Shown: piece by piece, positions 18,641-28,523 of the stretch
Layout: each line of letters begins with the position of its first letter
Position numbering within the stretch: position 1 is the first letter of the stretch
NCBI GenBank assembly: GCA_045590195.1
Contig: JAZNQN010000044.1
Span: forward strand, 19,186 to 83,185
Source: Clostridia bacterium
GTDB taxonomy: Bacteria > Bacillota > Clostridia > UMGS1883 > UMGS1540
Reading direction: 5' to 3'
Length of the DNA stretch: 64,000 bases
Translations under genes and position numbers: made by a program
Notes under the pieces: generated by a model
What the model was told of the DNA's origin: nothing
Databases searched by the model: none
The model's input: the letters and a program-made list of their open reading frames with translations, nothing else

Positions 18641-21337
18641 TTGATTGAAATTTTAAAAGGAAAAACTGTAAACCGCTTATTCTATGCTGCCATTTGGCTT
18701 GCAGCTTTCATACTGCTTTCATTTGTTCTGATTAAATTTGCAGCAAATGTTTTAGAAATAAGCGAAATCGGATACGAAGATGTTTATTTTAAAAATCTGT
18801 CTACAATTGTAGTAACAGGTTTAATTTCCTTTGGTATTTTATTTGTTGTTTTTGCCGCAAATCTTTTAATCTTGCGCAAAAATCTTGTGCGTATTTGGGG
18901 AACACCCAGCATAATGAAATCTGTTACATCTTCTTTTGTGTTCTCGGCAGTTTTTTCTTTGATTATATCAATTTTTGTAACATTAAGACTTTACCCACTT
19001 TACCTTCAGTTTTTCAGCAGTATTCCCTTTGGAACGGTTGACCCTATAATTGGGCAGGACATTGGTTACTATGTATTTCAGCGACCATTTTTGCTTGAAG
19101 CCTCAAATATGATTCAGTTTGTGCTTTTCTTTCAGATTATTTATTCTTTTGCAATTTATTCAATAAGCTATCTTAAAACAGATTTTCTTATGTATAAAGA
19201 GCTTTTTAAAGAAAAAAGAATTATGAATCATCTGTTAACATCTGTTGTAATTTACTTTATAAGTATTGCAATTTCTTATAAGTTTACTGCTGAAAATATT
19301 CTTTTCGGCGAATTTGGCAATCATCTTTCAGGGGCAGGTTTTACCGATGTTTTTATCTGGCAGAACCACTATAAAATTGCACCATTTGTTTTAATAGCAG
19401 TAATTGTGTTAACATTTATTTTTCTTAAGAAGAGCAAAATTAAATTTGCCGCTATCACCTTACTTATCGTTCCTCTTTTCTGGGTTGGAACTTTTATAAC
19501 CTCGGCTGTTTCCGAACTTTGGTTTGTAAAACCTTACGAGGTTTCCATGCAAAGAGCATATATAAATCATAATCTCGATGCAACCAAAAAGGCTTTTGGC
19601 CTTGATAACATAACTTTTAAAGAATTTCCTGCTGATGACAGCATTACTCTGCAAGATGTTTACGAAAATAAGAATACTGTTGATAATATTCGAATTACCG
19701 ACATAAATCAAACTCTTGCAGCTACTAATTCGCTTCAAAGCCTAAGAAGTTTTTATTCTTTTAACGACAGCGACATTATTCCGTATAATTTAAATGGTGT
19801 TAAAACTCCGCTTATGGTTTCTGTTCGTGAAACCGATCAGGATAAACTTCAGAAATCGGCCCAAAGCTATATAAATAAAAAACTTCGTTACACACACGGA
19901 TATGGCATTGTTGCAAATCCAACAAATTCTGTTACAGAAGAAGGTCAGCCAAACTATATTATTAAAGATATTCCTTCTTCTTCGCTTTCGGGTGCACCCC
20001 AAATTACTCAGCCCCGCATTTACTACGGAGAAAAAACCGACGATTATGTAATCGTTGGTACAAGATACAACGAGCTTGACTATATGGAAGGCGATAAAAC
20101 TGTTGAGTATTCTTATACCGGAAACAGTGGAATTAAATTAAATTTTTTAAACAGAATTATTTTCTCTGTTGATAAGCTTGACCCAATGCTTCTTATGTCA
20201 AGCTATATTTCGGGCGAAAGCAGGCTTTTAACTAATCGTGATATTTTAGACAGGGTTAATATTGCGGCTCCATTTTTAACCTACGATAACGACCCGTATA
20301 TTGTTATAGACTCAGATGGTACTTTAAAATGGGTTGTTGACATTTATACTACAACTAACCTTTACCCCTACGCTCAAAACTACAATGGAATAAATTATAT
20401 AAGAAACAGCGCCAAAGCGGTTGTAGATGCATACAGCGGCGAAGTTACTTTTTATATTACTGATATGACAGATCCTATTATAAGGGTTTTCAGCCGAATG
20501 TATCCAACTCTGTTTTGCTTTGATCCTATTCCTGAATGTGTTATAAATCAGGCGCGTTATCCTGAGTATATATTCAAACTCCAGTCGGAAGTTTATAAAA
20601 TGTATCATGTTACCGAGCCCGAGGCACTTTACAGTAATTCAGATATATGGGTAACTGCAAAAGAAAAATACTCACAGGATGAAACTGTTGATGTTGCACC
20701 CTATTATAACTTAATGAACTTAGGAAACGGCGATGACCTCGTTTTAATGCAGCCATATACCCCTCAGGGAAAAGAAACACTGGTAGCATGGATTGCCGCA
20801 AGCAGCCTTTACGACAGCTACGGCAAATTAACTGTTTACACCTTCCCTAAGGGAAAAACTGTTTATGGTACACTTCACGTAGAAAACAAAATCGATAACG
20901 ACCCTAACATTTCAAAAGAAATTTCACTTTGGGATCAGGGCGGCTCGAAGGTAATCAAAGGAAATCTTCTGGTAATACCTATTAAAAATTCTCTGCTTTA
21001 CGTTGAGCCAATATATATCACTGCAAAAAATTCGGCAGCTCTGCCTGAAGTTAAAAGAGTTGTTGTATGCTTTGGCGACAAAGTTGCCATGGAACCCACC
21101 CTTTGGGGAGCAATAGATGTTTTATTCGGCGGAAAACAGCCCACTGTTCCTGCCGACAGCACTCAGCAGTTAACTGTTGATGACCTTATGAAGGACGCAG
21201 TTAAAAAATACGAAGAGGCAAAAGAAAACAGCGCTTCGGGAAATTTTGAAACATTTGGCAAAGCCCTTGACCAGCTTGGCGATATTTTAAATCAGATGAA
21301 TGAAAAAATATCTGAAAACAAAGCTGAAACGGATTAA
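18641..21337 (+). CDS. UPF0182-family large membrane protein. The N-terminal half is polytopic and the rest is a large extracytoplasmic domain.
   Basis: 898 aa with seven N-terminal transmembrane segments. The length and architecture are typical of UPF0182. The TTG start lies directly against the RBS, so the start is uncertain. Confidence 0.55.
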   Translation: MIEILKGKTVNRLFYAAIWLAAFILLSFVLIKFAANVLEISEIGYEDVYFKNLSTIVVTGLISFGILFVVFAANLLILRKNLVRIWGTPSIMKSVTSSFVFSAVFSLIISIFVTLRLYPLYLQFFSSIPFGTVDPIIGQDIGYYVFQRPFLLEASNMIQFVLFFQIIYSFAIYSISYLKTDFLMYKELFKEKRIMNHLLTSVVIYFISIAISYKFTAENILFGEFGNHLSGAGFTDVFIWQNHYKIAPFVLIAVIVLTFIFLKKSKIKFAAITLLIVPLFWVGTFITSAVSELWFVKPYEVSMQRAYINHNLDATKKAFGLDNITFKEFPADDSITLQDVYENKNTVDNIRITDINQTLAATNSLQSLRSFYSFNDSDIIPYNLNGVKTPLMVSVRETDQDKLQKSAQSYINKKLRYTHGYGIVANPTNSVTEEGQPNYIIKDIPSSSLSGAPQITQPRIYYGEKTDDYVIVGTRYNELDYMEGDKTVEYSYTGNSGIKLNFLNRIIFSVDKLDPMLLMSSYISGESRLLTNRDILDRVNIAAPFLTYDNDPYIVIDSDGTLKWVVDIYTTTNLYPYAQNYNGINYIRNSAKAVVDAYSGEVTFYITDMTDPIIRVFSRMYPTLFCFDPIPECVINQARYPEYIFKLQSEVYKMYHVTEPEALYSNSDIWVTAKEKYSQDETVDVAPYYNLMNLGNGDDLVLMQPYTPQGKETLVAWIAASSLYDSYGKLTVYTFPKGKTVYGTLHVENKIDNDPNISKEISLWDQGGSKVIKGNLLVIPIKNSLLYVEPIYITAKNSAALPEVKRVVVCFGDKVAMEPTLWGAIDVLFGGKQPTVPADSTQQLTVDDLMKDAVKKYEEAKENSASGNFETFGKALDQLGDILNQMNEKISENKAETD

Positions 21338-21409
21338 TATTTAAAATAGTCTTGATTAGTTTAGAAATATACTGTATAATATAGTTATACTTAAATTAGG
21401 AGAATTTTT

Positions 21410-21817
21410 GTGCGAATTATAGGATTTGACTATGGTGACAGCAGAATAGGCGTTGCAGTTAGCGACCTTTTAGGGCTTACAGCCCAGAGCGTTGGCCTTA
21501 TAGCCGAAAAAAACTTTGAAAAACAAGTTATAAAGGTTTTAGAGTATTGCGATGAATACAAAGCAGAAAAAATTGTTTTAGGTATGCCTAAAAATATGAA
21601 CGGAACAATTGGCGAACGCGGCGAAAAAACTCAGCTTTTTGCCGATGCACTCAGGGAAAAAACCTCTGTTCCCATAATTTTTTGGGATGAACGCCTTACA
21701 ACTTCTGCCGCACACAGAACACTTTCCGAAAGTAACGTAAGTGGAAAAAAACGAAAAGGTATTCTTGATAAAATAGCTGCAGTTTTTATTTTGCAGGGTT
21801 ATCTTGACAGCCTTTAA
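21410..21817 (+). CDS. ruvX: Putative pre-16S rRNA nuclease / Holliday-junction resolvase-like YqgF/RuvX
   Basis: MRIIGFDYGDSRIGVAVSD at the N-terminus. GTG start with an AGGAG RBS. Confidence 0.85.
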   Translation: MRIIGFDYGDSRIGVAVSDLLGLTAQSVGLIAEKNFEKQVIKVLEYCDEYKAEKIVLGMPKNMNGTIGERGEKTQLFADALREKTSVPIIFWDERLTTSAAHRTLSESNVSGKKRKGILDKIAAVFILQGYLDSL

Positions 21818-21842
21818 TATATTTTAAGAGAGGTAGTATAAA

Positions 21843-22130
21843 ATGAGCGAAGAAAGAGATAATATTGTTGTACTTGTTGATGATGAAGGCCAGGAGCTTA
21901 AGTTTGAAGTTCTTGATATAATCGAGTATGAAGGAAGCGAATATGCCGCAGGCCTTGATGCTGACAAGGCTGATTCTGATGATGAAGAAGATACTGTTAT
22001 TATTATGAAAATTGTTCACGCAAACGAAGAAGAAGATATTTTAGAGCCTGTTGCAGACGAGGCTACTCTTCAGGCAGTTTTCGAAATTTTCAAAGAACAT
22101 ATGGCAGACGAATTCGAATTTGAAGAATAA
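21843..22130 (+). CDS. DUF1292 family protein
   Basis: A small acidic protein (VLVDDEGQE...YE...) in the position after ruvX that is conserved in Firmicutes. Confidence 0.7.
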   Translation: MSEERDNIVVLVDDEGQELKFEVLDIIEYEGSEYAAGLDADKADSDDEEDTVIIMKIVHANEEEDILEPVADEATLQAVFEIFKEHMADEFEFEE

Positions 22131-22330
22131 TAAGTTCCCTGCTGTGTGTCGGGAGACGGAGCAATAATTTTTTCCGATGCTATTTTAAACGGGAGATTAA
22201 ATAAATACAATTGGTGTGTAAGGCCCCCCGCTTTGCGGTTTGAGGGTAACCCGTAGATTGTAATGATAATCACCCACCTGACTTTTCAGGTTAAAATTTA
22301 TCCGTTTATCGCCACTTGCGGGGCTAAATA

Positions 22331-22372
22331 AAAAATAAGAGCTATGACAGCGTCATAGCTCTTTTAGTTTTC
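22331..22372. terminator. Bidirectional terminator between the DUF1292 gene (+) and tyrS (-)
   Basis: Hairpin AGAGCTATGAC-AGC-GTCATAGCTCT with T runs on both strands. Confidence 0.6.
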
Positions 22373-23599
22373 TTATTTTAATGTAATTTTAAGGTATGCT
22401 TTCTTACCTCTTTTTGCAACAAGGCCATCATCGCCAAAATCTTCAACTGTAACCTTCTCATCAAAAGCAGCTACTTTTTTATCGTTAATTGTAAGGCCAC
22501 CCTGTTGAACAAGACGTTTAGCTTCAGATTTTGAAGGAAGGAAACCTGCGGCTACAACTAAATCTATTGCTGTCATACCTGCTTCAACATCAGCTTTTGA
22601 AACCTCTGCAGTAGGCATATCAGCCGAAACACCGCCACCTGCAAAAATTGCTCTTGCAGCATCCTGTGCTTTTTTAGCTTCTTCTTCGCCATGAACAAGT
22701 TTTGTAACCTCAAAAGCAAGGCGTTCTTTAACTTCATTAAGCTGCTGTCCTTCAAGTTTTTCATATTCTCTTATTTCTTCCATAGGTACAAATGTAACAA
22801 GCTTCATAAAGCGGCAAACATCGGCATCCTGAACATTTCTCCAGTACTGATAAAATTCAAACGGAGAAACTTTTTCGGGGTCAAGCCAAAGAGCACCTTT
22901 AGCAGTTTTACCCATTTTCTGGCCTTCGCTGTTTGTAAGAAGGGTAAATGTCATACCATAAACCTGTTTGTTTTCTTTTCTTCTTACAAGGTCGATACCG
23001 CCCAAAATATTGCTCCACTGGTCATCGCCACCGAGCTCAATTTTACAATCGTACTCTTTTGAAAGACAAAGGAAATCGTAGCTCTGCATAAGCATATAGT
23101 TAAATTCAAGGAACGAAAGACCTTTTTCAAGTCTTGTCTGGAAGCATTTTGCACGAAGCATTTCATTAACTGAGAAGCACGAGCCGATATCTCTTAAAAA
23201 TTCAATGTAATTTAAGTTTCTGAGCCAATCGGCATTATTTACCATAATAGCCTTGTCATCAGAAAAATCAACTATACATGAAAGCTGTTTTTTAAATCTT
23301 TCACAGTTATAGTTAATTGTGTCAACAGTCATCATCTGGCGCATATCTGTTCTGCCCGATGGGTCGCCAACCATAGCGGTTCCACCACCAACAAGGGCAA
23401 TTGGGCGATGGCCTGCGTTTTGCATATGGCGCATTACAACCATCTGCAAGAAGTGGCCGATATGGAGAGAATCTGCAGTTGGGTCAAAGCCAATATAAAA
23501 AGTTACTTTTTCTTTTCCTAAAAGTTCACGAATTTCTTCTTCGTGAGTTGTTTGCGCAATAAGACCGCGCTCTTTTAAAATATCAAAAACGTTAGTCAT
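22373..23599 (-). CDS. tyrS: Tyrosyl-tRNA synthetase
   Basis: The HIGH motif (HIGH) and KMSKS motif (KMGKT) are present, with a C-terminal S4-like domain. Confidence 0.9.
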   Translation of the reverse strand: MTNVFDILKERGLIAQTTHEEEIRELLGKEKVTFYIGFDPTADSLHIGHFLQMVVMRHMQNAGHRPIALVGGGTAMVGDPSGRTDMRQMMTVDTINYNCERFKKQLSCIVDFSDDKAIMVNNADWLRNLNYIEFLRDIGSCFSVNEMLRAKCFQTRLEKGLSFLEFNYMLMQSYDFLCLSKEYDCKIELGGDDQWSNILGGIDLVRRKENKQVYGMTFTLLTNSEGQKMGKTAKGALWLDPEKVSPFEFYQYWRNVQDADVCRFMKLVTFVPMEEIREYEKLEGQQLNEVKERLAFEVTKLVHGEEEAKKAQDAARAIFAGGGVSADMPTAEVSKADVEAGMTAIDLVVAAGFLPSKSEAKRLVQQGGLTINDKKVAAFDEKVTVEDFGDDGLVAKRGKKAYLKITLK

Positions 23600-23663
23600 A
23601 AATTTATCCTCTCTTTAGCATAATATAGTATTTTATCACATAAAAGTAAAACTTTCAAGTGTT

Positions 23664-24590
23664 TTATACATATAATCCCAAAATTCCAAACATAATTGGT
23701 ATAGTAATTATACTTAAAATGTTCGACATAAATGTAGCTTTCGCCCCTGTAAGCGAATCGCCGCCGTATGCCTCGGGAAAAACAACGCTATTAAGCCCAA
23801 GTGGCATTGCTAGTGTAACAATAGCAACAGTTACAAATATTGTATCAACTTTTAAAAGCATCATTACTGCAAAAAAAGCTATCGGAATTATAATACCACG
23901 TAAAAATGCAGTAACAAACAGCCTGATGTCTTTAAAAATTGGCTTAATTGGCGTTGCACCAAGAACAAACCCTGTAAGAATCATTGCTGAAGGCGACATA
24001 CAGCTTTCTGCCGAGGTAAGCGCTTTCATAAGAAAAGTAGGAAGTTTTATTTCTGCAATTCCAAAAATCATTCCTAAAATCAAAGCAATAATTATTGGAT
24101 TTAAAAGTTTTTTTGCGGTAAAGCTTCTGTTTGGGTTTAGTATGTACATTCCGTAAGTATAAATTGTAAACTGATACGGAATTGCAAACATCATCATAAA
24201 AAAAAGCATCTGCTCGCCAAAAACAGCCTCCATAAGCGGGTAACCCATATAACCAAGGTTAGGAATTAAAAGACTGTACATATAAACATCTTTCTGCAAA
24301 TTATTCTTCGCGAGAAGTTTTGAAAAAATTTTCGCAGGAACAAAGCTTATTGCCAAAACTAAAATACCAAAAAGAAGTAAATACATATTCTCCGAAAGAT
24401 TTTTCAAATTAAAATTTTCAAGAAAATTCAGAAAAAACATGGCCGGAAGAAAAAGATTTACAAGCAAGCTTGATAAAACTTTGCTAACATCATCCCCGCC
24501 TATTTTCTTTTTCCTCATAATAAAGCCTATTATCATAAAAAGGAACATATTCCCAAGCTGATTTAATGTTAAATTTAATGTTTCAAACAA
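23664..24590 (-). CDS. AEC-family (auxin efflux carrier-like) membrane transporter
   Basis: A polytopic protein of about ten transmembrane segments with a Mem_trans-like N-terminus. Confidence 0.6.
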   Translation of the reverse strand: MFETLNLTLNQLGNMFLFMIIGFIMRKKKIGGDDVSKVLSSLLVNLFLPAMFFLNFLENFNLKNLSENMYLLLFGILVLAISFVPAKIFSKLLAKNNLQKDVYMYSLLIPNLGYMGYPLMEAVFGEQMLFFMMMFAIPYQFTIYTYGMYILNPNRSFTAKKLLNPIIIALILGMIFGIAEIKLPTFLMKALTSAESCMSPSAMILTGFVLGATPIKPIFKDIRLFVTAFLRGIIIPIAFFAVMMLLKVDTIFVTVAIVTLAMPLGLNSVVFPEAYGGDSLTGAKATFMSNILSIITIPIMFGILGLYV

Positions 24591-24592
24591 TT

Positions 24593-25432
24593 TTATGCCT
24601 CCAAATTATAAAGCTTTTTCAAAAGTGCAATTTCTCTGGCATAACCTTCAATTTCGTTTGGAGTTTCGAGATAAAATGGCAAATTACAAACCCTTTTATT
24701 ATTTATAATTTTTACCATAGCATCAATGCCAATATTGCCGTCGCCTATTTTTTCGTGACGGTCTTTGTGAGCACCTTGTGGATTCATACTGTCATTTATA
24801 TGAATTGCACGAAGGCGTGAAAGACCAATAACACGGTCAAATTCGTCTAAAACGCCATCGAAATTTTCTACAACATCATATCCGCCATCGTGTACGTGAC
24901 ATGTGTCAAGACAAACTCCTAATTTTTCAGAAAGTTCAACTTTGTCTATAATTTCTTTTATTTCCTCAAAGTTTCTGCCAATTTCACTGCCTTTTCCAGC
25001 CATTGTTTCAAGTAAAACAGTTGTTGTTTGCTCAGGTTTTAAAATTTCGTTTAAGGCATCGCTTATAAACTTAATTCCAACCTCTACTCCCTGCCCCGTG
25101 TGACTGCCCGGATGAAAATTATACAAATTGTTTGGGGTATATTCCATTCTCATAAGGTCGTCGGCCATAGTATTTTTTGCAAATTCTCTTATACCTTTAT
25201 CAGCTGAGCAAAGATTTAATGTATAAGGAGCGTGGGCTAAAATAACGTCTATTCCGTTTTCTTTAGAGAACTCCAAAAAAGCGGCAACATCTTTTTCGTC
25301 AATATCCTTAGCTTTTCCGCCACGTGGATTTCTTGTAAAAAACTGAAAAGTATTAGCACCTATACTAATTGCTTCTTTTCCCATTGCAAGATAACCTTTT
25401 GAAGCGGAAAGGTGACATCCTATTTTAAACAT
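24593..25432 (-). CDS. nfo: Endonuclease IV (apurinic/apyrimidinic endonuclease Nfo)
   Basis: The signature elements [13 protein letters not shown] and CLDTCH are present. The start was moved to the ATG at 25432 (MFKIGCH), which has a GAGAGG RBS. Confidence 0.85.
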   Translation of the reverse strand: MFKIGCHLSASKGYLAMGKEAISIGANTFQFFTRNPRGGKAKDIDEKDVAAFLEFSKENGIDVILAHAPYTLNLCSADKGIREFAKNTMADDLMRMEYTPNNLYNFHPGSHTGQGVEVGIKFISDALNEILKPEQTTTVLLETMAGKGSEIGRNFEEIKEIIDKVELSEKLGVCLDTCHVHDGGYDVVENFDGVLDEFDRVIGLSRLRAIHINDSMNPQGAHKDRHEKIGDGNIGIDAMVKIINNKRVCNLPFYLETPNEIEGYAREIALLKKLYNLEA

Positions 25433-25433
25433 C

Positions 25434-25847
25434 TTAATTCCTCTCTTTGTCAAATTTATCAACGTTTTCAAGTAGTGAATTCACGCTTTTGAACCATTCA
25501 ATAATCATATGGCGCATCATTCCAACATCTTCCGATTTTGCCAATAGACCAAAAATCGGTTTTCCCATTCCGTACGCCATACCTATTTCTGCCCATGCAT
25601 CGCATCCTGATGGGCCAACATAAATTATAAGGTCGGCACTTTTAACGGAGGTTACGCAAAAATTGAATACACCCTGTCCAACTTCACTATATATAAACGC
25701 ATCAAGGTCTTTTTTAGAAAGAAAAGCCTCTTCAGGTCTACCCTCACGAAGCCACGACAAAATCGTGTGTCCTCTCTCTTCTAAAAGATTTGTAAGCATT
25801 TCAACCGCGTGCTGATGCTTCCAGGAAGCCGCTATATATATTTTCAT
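25434..25847 (-). CDS. Nucleoside 2-deoxyribosyltransferase-like protein (PF05014/Rcl-like fold)
   Basis: 137 aa. It begins MKIYIAASW... and the catalytic Glu lies in the context [16 protein letters not shown]. Confidence 0.4.
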   Translation of the reverse strand: MKIYIAASWKHQHAVEMLTNLLEERGHTILSWLREGRPEEAFLSKKDLDAFIYSEVGQGVFNFCVTSVKSADLIIYVGPSGCDAWAEIGMAYGMGKPIFGLLAKSEDVGMMRHMIIEWFKSVNSLLENVDKFDKERN

Positions 25848-25973
25848 AATTATCCCTCCAAATTCCAGTTTATTTTACCACATTTTTTTATTTATGTACA
25901 CCCTTTTATTTAAAAAATATTGAAAACTTTAAAGTATTGTGTTAAAATTTAAGAAAAAACTTTGGAGTATCTA

Positions 25974-27095
25974 ATGAGTGATTTTGAAGTGATTTCACAA
26001 AAAGCAATTAAATACTTAAAGTCTTCGGGATTTGAGGCTTATGTTGTTGGTGGATTTGTAAGAAACACTTTAATGGGACTTCCTGTTTCTGATATTGATA
26101 TATGTACAAACGCTCTGCCCGAAGAAATAGGCAGGGTTTTTACCGAATTTAATGTTTATGAAACAGGAATTAAACACGGAACCGTAACGGTTATAATTGA
26201 TAAAACCCCCGTAGAAATCACAACTTACAGAATTGATGGCGAATATAAAAATCACAGGAAACCTGATGAAGTTTTGTTTACAACTTCAATTTACGAAGAT
26301 TTAAGCAGGCGTGATTTTACCATAAACGCAATGGCTTTTGACGAAAATCAAAACATTTTGGATTTGTTTGACGGCAGAGAAGATTTGATAAACAATATTG
26401 TTCGCTGCGTTGGAAATGCAGAAAAACGATTTGAAGAAGATGCTCTGCGAATTTTAAGAGCCCTTCGTTTTTCTTCGGTTCTGGGTTTTGATGTTGAAGA
26501 TACAACAAAAAAAGCTATTTTTTCAAAATTTAAGCTTTTATCATTTGTTTCAAAAGAAAGAATTACCGAAGAGATATTAAAACTTTTAGGCGGAAAACAC
26601 GCCAAAATTATTTTAAAAGAGTTTTCTGAAATTTTTGAATACTTATCGGGAGGCAAAATATCTGAAAAACTTTATCTTGAAAAAAACGATCCTCTCATTT
26701 TGCTTTCCTTTTTTGAAAAAACTGATTTTTTAAGGCTCTCGGCAAGCGACAGCAAAATCATTAAATTCATAAAAGAAAACTGCCACAAAACTATTATTTC
26801 TGACTACGATATTTTAAGCCTTTTAAATTGCGGTGGAGTTGATGCTACTGAAAAGATTATGCTTCTTTCAAAAAACTGCCACCTTCTTAAAACTTTTTAT
26901 AAATTGGCAGAAAACGGATGCTACTTTGAAAAACATCTCGCTGTTTCCGGCAATGATATTATAAAGCTTGGCTACAATGGAAAAGATGTTGGGAAAATTT
27001 TGAATAGCATTTTAAACCTCGTAATGCAAGGCGAAATTTCAAACAAATATGAGGTTTTAATGGACTTTATTAAAAAAAATAAATTTTTTGCATAA
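25974..27095 (+). CDS. cca: CCA tRNA nucleotidyltransferase / poly(A) polymerase family protein
   Basis: GGFVRNTLMGLPVSDIDI at the N-terminus. The start was moved to the ATG at 25974, which has a GGAG RBS. Confidence 0.8.
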   Translation: MSDFEVISQKAIKYLKSSGFEAYVVGGFVRNTLMGLPVSDIDICTNALPEEIGRVFTEFNVYETGIKHGTVTVIIDKTPVEITTYRIDGEYKNHRKPDEVLFTTSIYEDLSRRDFTINAMAFDENQNILDLFDGREDLINNIVRCVGNAEKRFEEDALRILRALRFSSVLGFDVEDTTKKAIFSKFKLLSFVSKERITEEILKLLGGKHAKIILKEFSEIFEYLSGGKISEKLYLEKNDPLILLSFFEKTDFLRLSASDSKIIKFIKENCHKTIISDYDILSLLNCGGVDATEKIMLLSKNCHLLKTFYKLAENGCYFEKHLAVSGNDIIKLGYNGKDVGKILNSILNLVMQGEISNKYEVLMDFIKKNKFFA

Positions 27096-27101
27096 ATTTG
27101 C

Positions 27102-27130
27102 TTGCATTATTAAAAATTATGTGTTATAAT
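27102..27130 (+). promoter_or_regulatory. Sigma-A-like promoter for rpmE, TTGCAT-17-TATAAT
   Basis: The -35 element lies at 27102-27107 and the -10 element at 27125-27130. Confidence 0.5.
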
Positions 27131-27171
27131 AACTGAGTTATTAGATGTATTCTATGAAAGAGGTGAAACAA

Positions 27172-27375
27172 ATGAGAGAAGGAATTCATCCCGAATACCA
27201 GCCCACAACAATTAAGTGCGCTTGTGGAAATGTTATAGAAACCGGTTCGACAAAGGAAAATCTTTCTGTTGAAATTTGCTCCGAGTGTCATCCTTTCTTT
27301 ACAGGTAAACAGAAATTGGTTGATACAGGCGGACGTGTTGAGAAATTCAAAAAGAGATTTAACTTGGAAAAATAA
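27172..27375 (+). CDS. rpmE: 50S ribosomal protein L31
   Basis: MREGIHPEY...CxxC...[10 protein letters not shown]. The start was moved to the ATG at 27172, which has an AGGTGA RBS. Confidence 0.9.
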   Translation: MREGIHPEYQPTTIKCACGNVIETGSTKENLSVEICSECHPFFTGKQKLVDTGGRVEKFKKRFNLEK

Positions 27376-27390
27376 GACCACAATAGTAAG

Positions 27391-27419
27391 AAGCGCAAAA
27401 ATTTGCGCTTTTTATTTTT
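27391..27419 (+). terminator. rpmE terminator
   Basis: GCGCAAAAATTTGCGC followed by a T run. Confidence 0.6.
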
Positions 27420-27443
27420 ACACTTTATTCTTGAGGTGATTAC

Positions 27444-28523
27444 TTGGTTAAAATAATTCACAGCGGCGACTTTCACTTCGATTCGCCATATATTGGCTTT
27501 CCTGATGAGGTTGCAAAAATCAGAAGTGAAGAACAGCTTGCCACACTTAAAAAAATAATTGAATATACCAAAAATGAAAAGGCGGATATTCTTCTTCTGG
27601 CAGGAGATATTTTTGAAAACGAATATGTTTCATATAAAACAGTTGAGTTTTTAAAGCATTGTTTTGCCGAAATTCCTGATACTTATGTTTTTATTTCTCC
27701 CGGAAATCACGATTGTATTTCAGGAAACGAAATATATTCTAACATAGATTTAGGCGAAAATGTTGTTGTTTTTTCTCCTGAAATAGATTTTGTAGAAATT
27801 TCTGCCCTTAACACCCGTGTTTACGGATACGGCCTTTTTACAAGAACAGATCAGGTAAACCTTCAGGAAAATATGCCAACACTTGACAAAAGCTTTATAA
27901 ATATTTTTCTTGTTCACGCCGCTCTTCCGCCATATACAGATACTTCTCCTATCACTAAAGAAGAAATAGCTGAAAGCGGGTTCGACTTTATAGCTTCCGG
28001 ACACATACATATTTTTGAAGGAATTAAAAAGTACGGCGACACCTATGCAGTTTTTCCCGGAATGCCTGAAGGCAGACATTTTAAAGTTGCCGAATGTGGC
28101 GAGAAAGGTTTTTTAAAAATTCTAATTGACAAAAATAAATTCGAAACAGAATTTATTAAAAGCAGCACAAGAACTTTATCAAAATACGAAATCGATGTTA
28201 CCGGTTGCCTTTTAAATTCTGACATTCTGGCAAAGCTTGGAGAATTAGATAAAAAGAATTTATATAACTTTGTTCTCACAGGCACTGTTTCAGAAAATGT
28301 TTACTTTAACATACCTTCACTTGAAAAGCTGCTCTGTGAAAACTTTTTCTACGCCAAGGTAACTGACAACACAGAAAAAAGCAAAAAAACATCACTCTCT
28401 CCTATTGAGCAGATGTTTTACGATACCCTTAAAAAAAGCGGCAAAAGCGACGAGATTATTGAAAGAGCTTTTAATATAGGCCTTTCAGCCATCAGAGGGG
28501 AGGAAATCAAAAGTGAAAATTAA
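27444..28523 (+). CDS. SbcD/Mre11-like (YhaO-like) metallophosphoesterase nuclease subunit
   Basis: The calcineurin-like phosphoesterase motifs GDFH, GDIFE, GNHD and GHIH are present. The start is TTG. Confidence 0.75.
   Translation: MVKIIHSGDFHFDSPYIGFPDEVAKIRSEEQLATLKKIIEYTKNEKADILLLAGDIFENEYVSYKTVEFLKHCFAEIPDTYVFISPGNHDCISGNEIYSNIDLGENVVVFSPEIDFVEISALNTRVYGYGLFTRTDQVNLQENMPTLDKSFINIFLVHAALPPYTDTSPITKEEIAESGFDFIASGHIHIFEGIKKYGDTYAVFPGMPEGRHFKVAECGEKGFLKILIDKNKFETEFIKSSTRTLSKYEIDVTGCLLNSDILAKLGELDKKNLYNFVLTGTVSENVYFNIPSLEKLLCENFFYAKVTDNTEKSKKTSLSPIEQMFYDTLKKSGKSDEIIERAFNIGLSAIRGEEIKSEN

Noticed and set aside
22131-22330. 6S RNA or SRP RNA in the DUF1292/tyrS spacer
   Set aside because: The 5' and 3' ends are not complementary, so there is no 6S closing stem, and the conserved SRP domain IV motif is absent. 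It is kept only as an unexplained structured segment.
23600-23663. Expected T-box riboswitch leader upstream of tyrS
   Set aside because: Only 64 nt separate tyrS from the upstream co-directional gene. No T-box core sequence or specifier/antiterminator structure is visible there or in the 25.85-25.97 kb promoter region.
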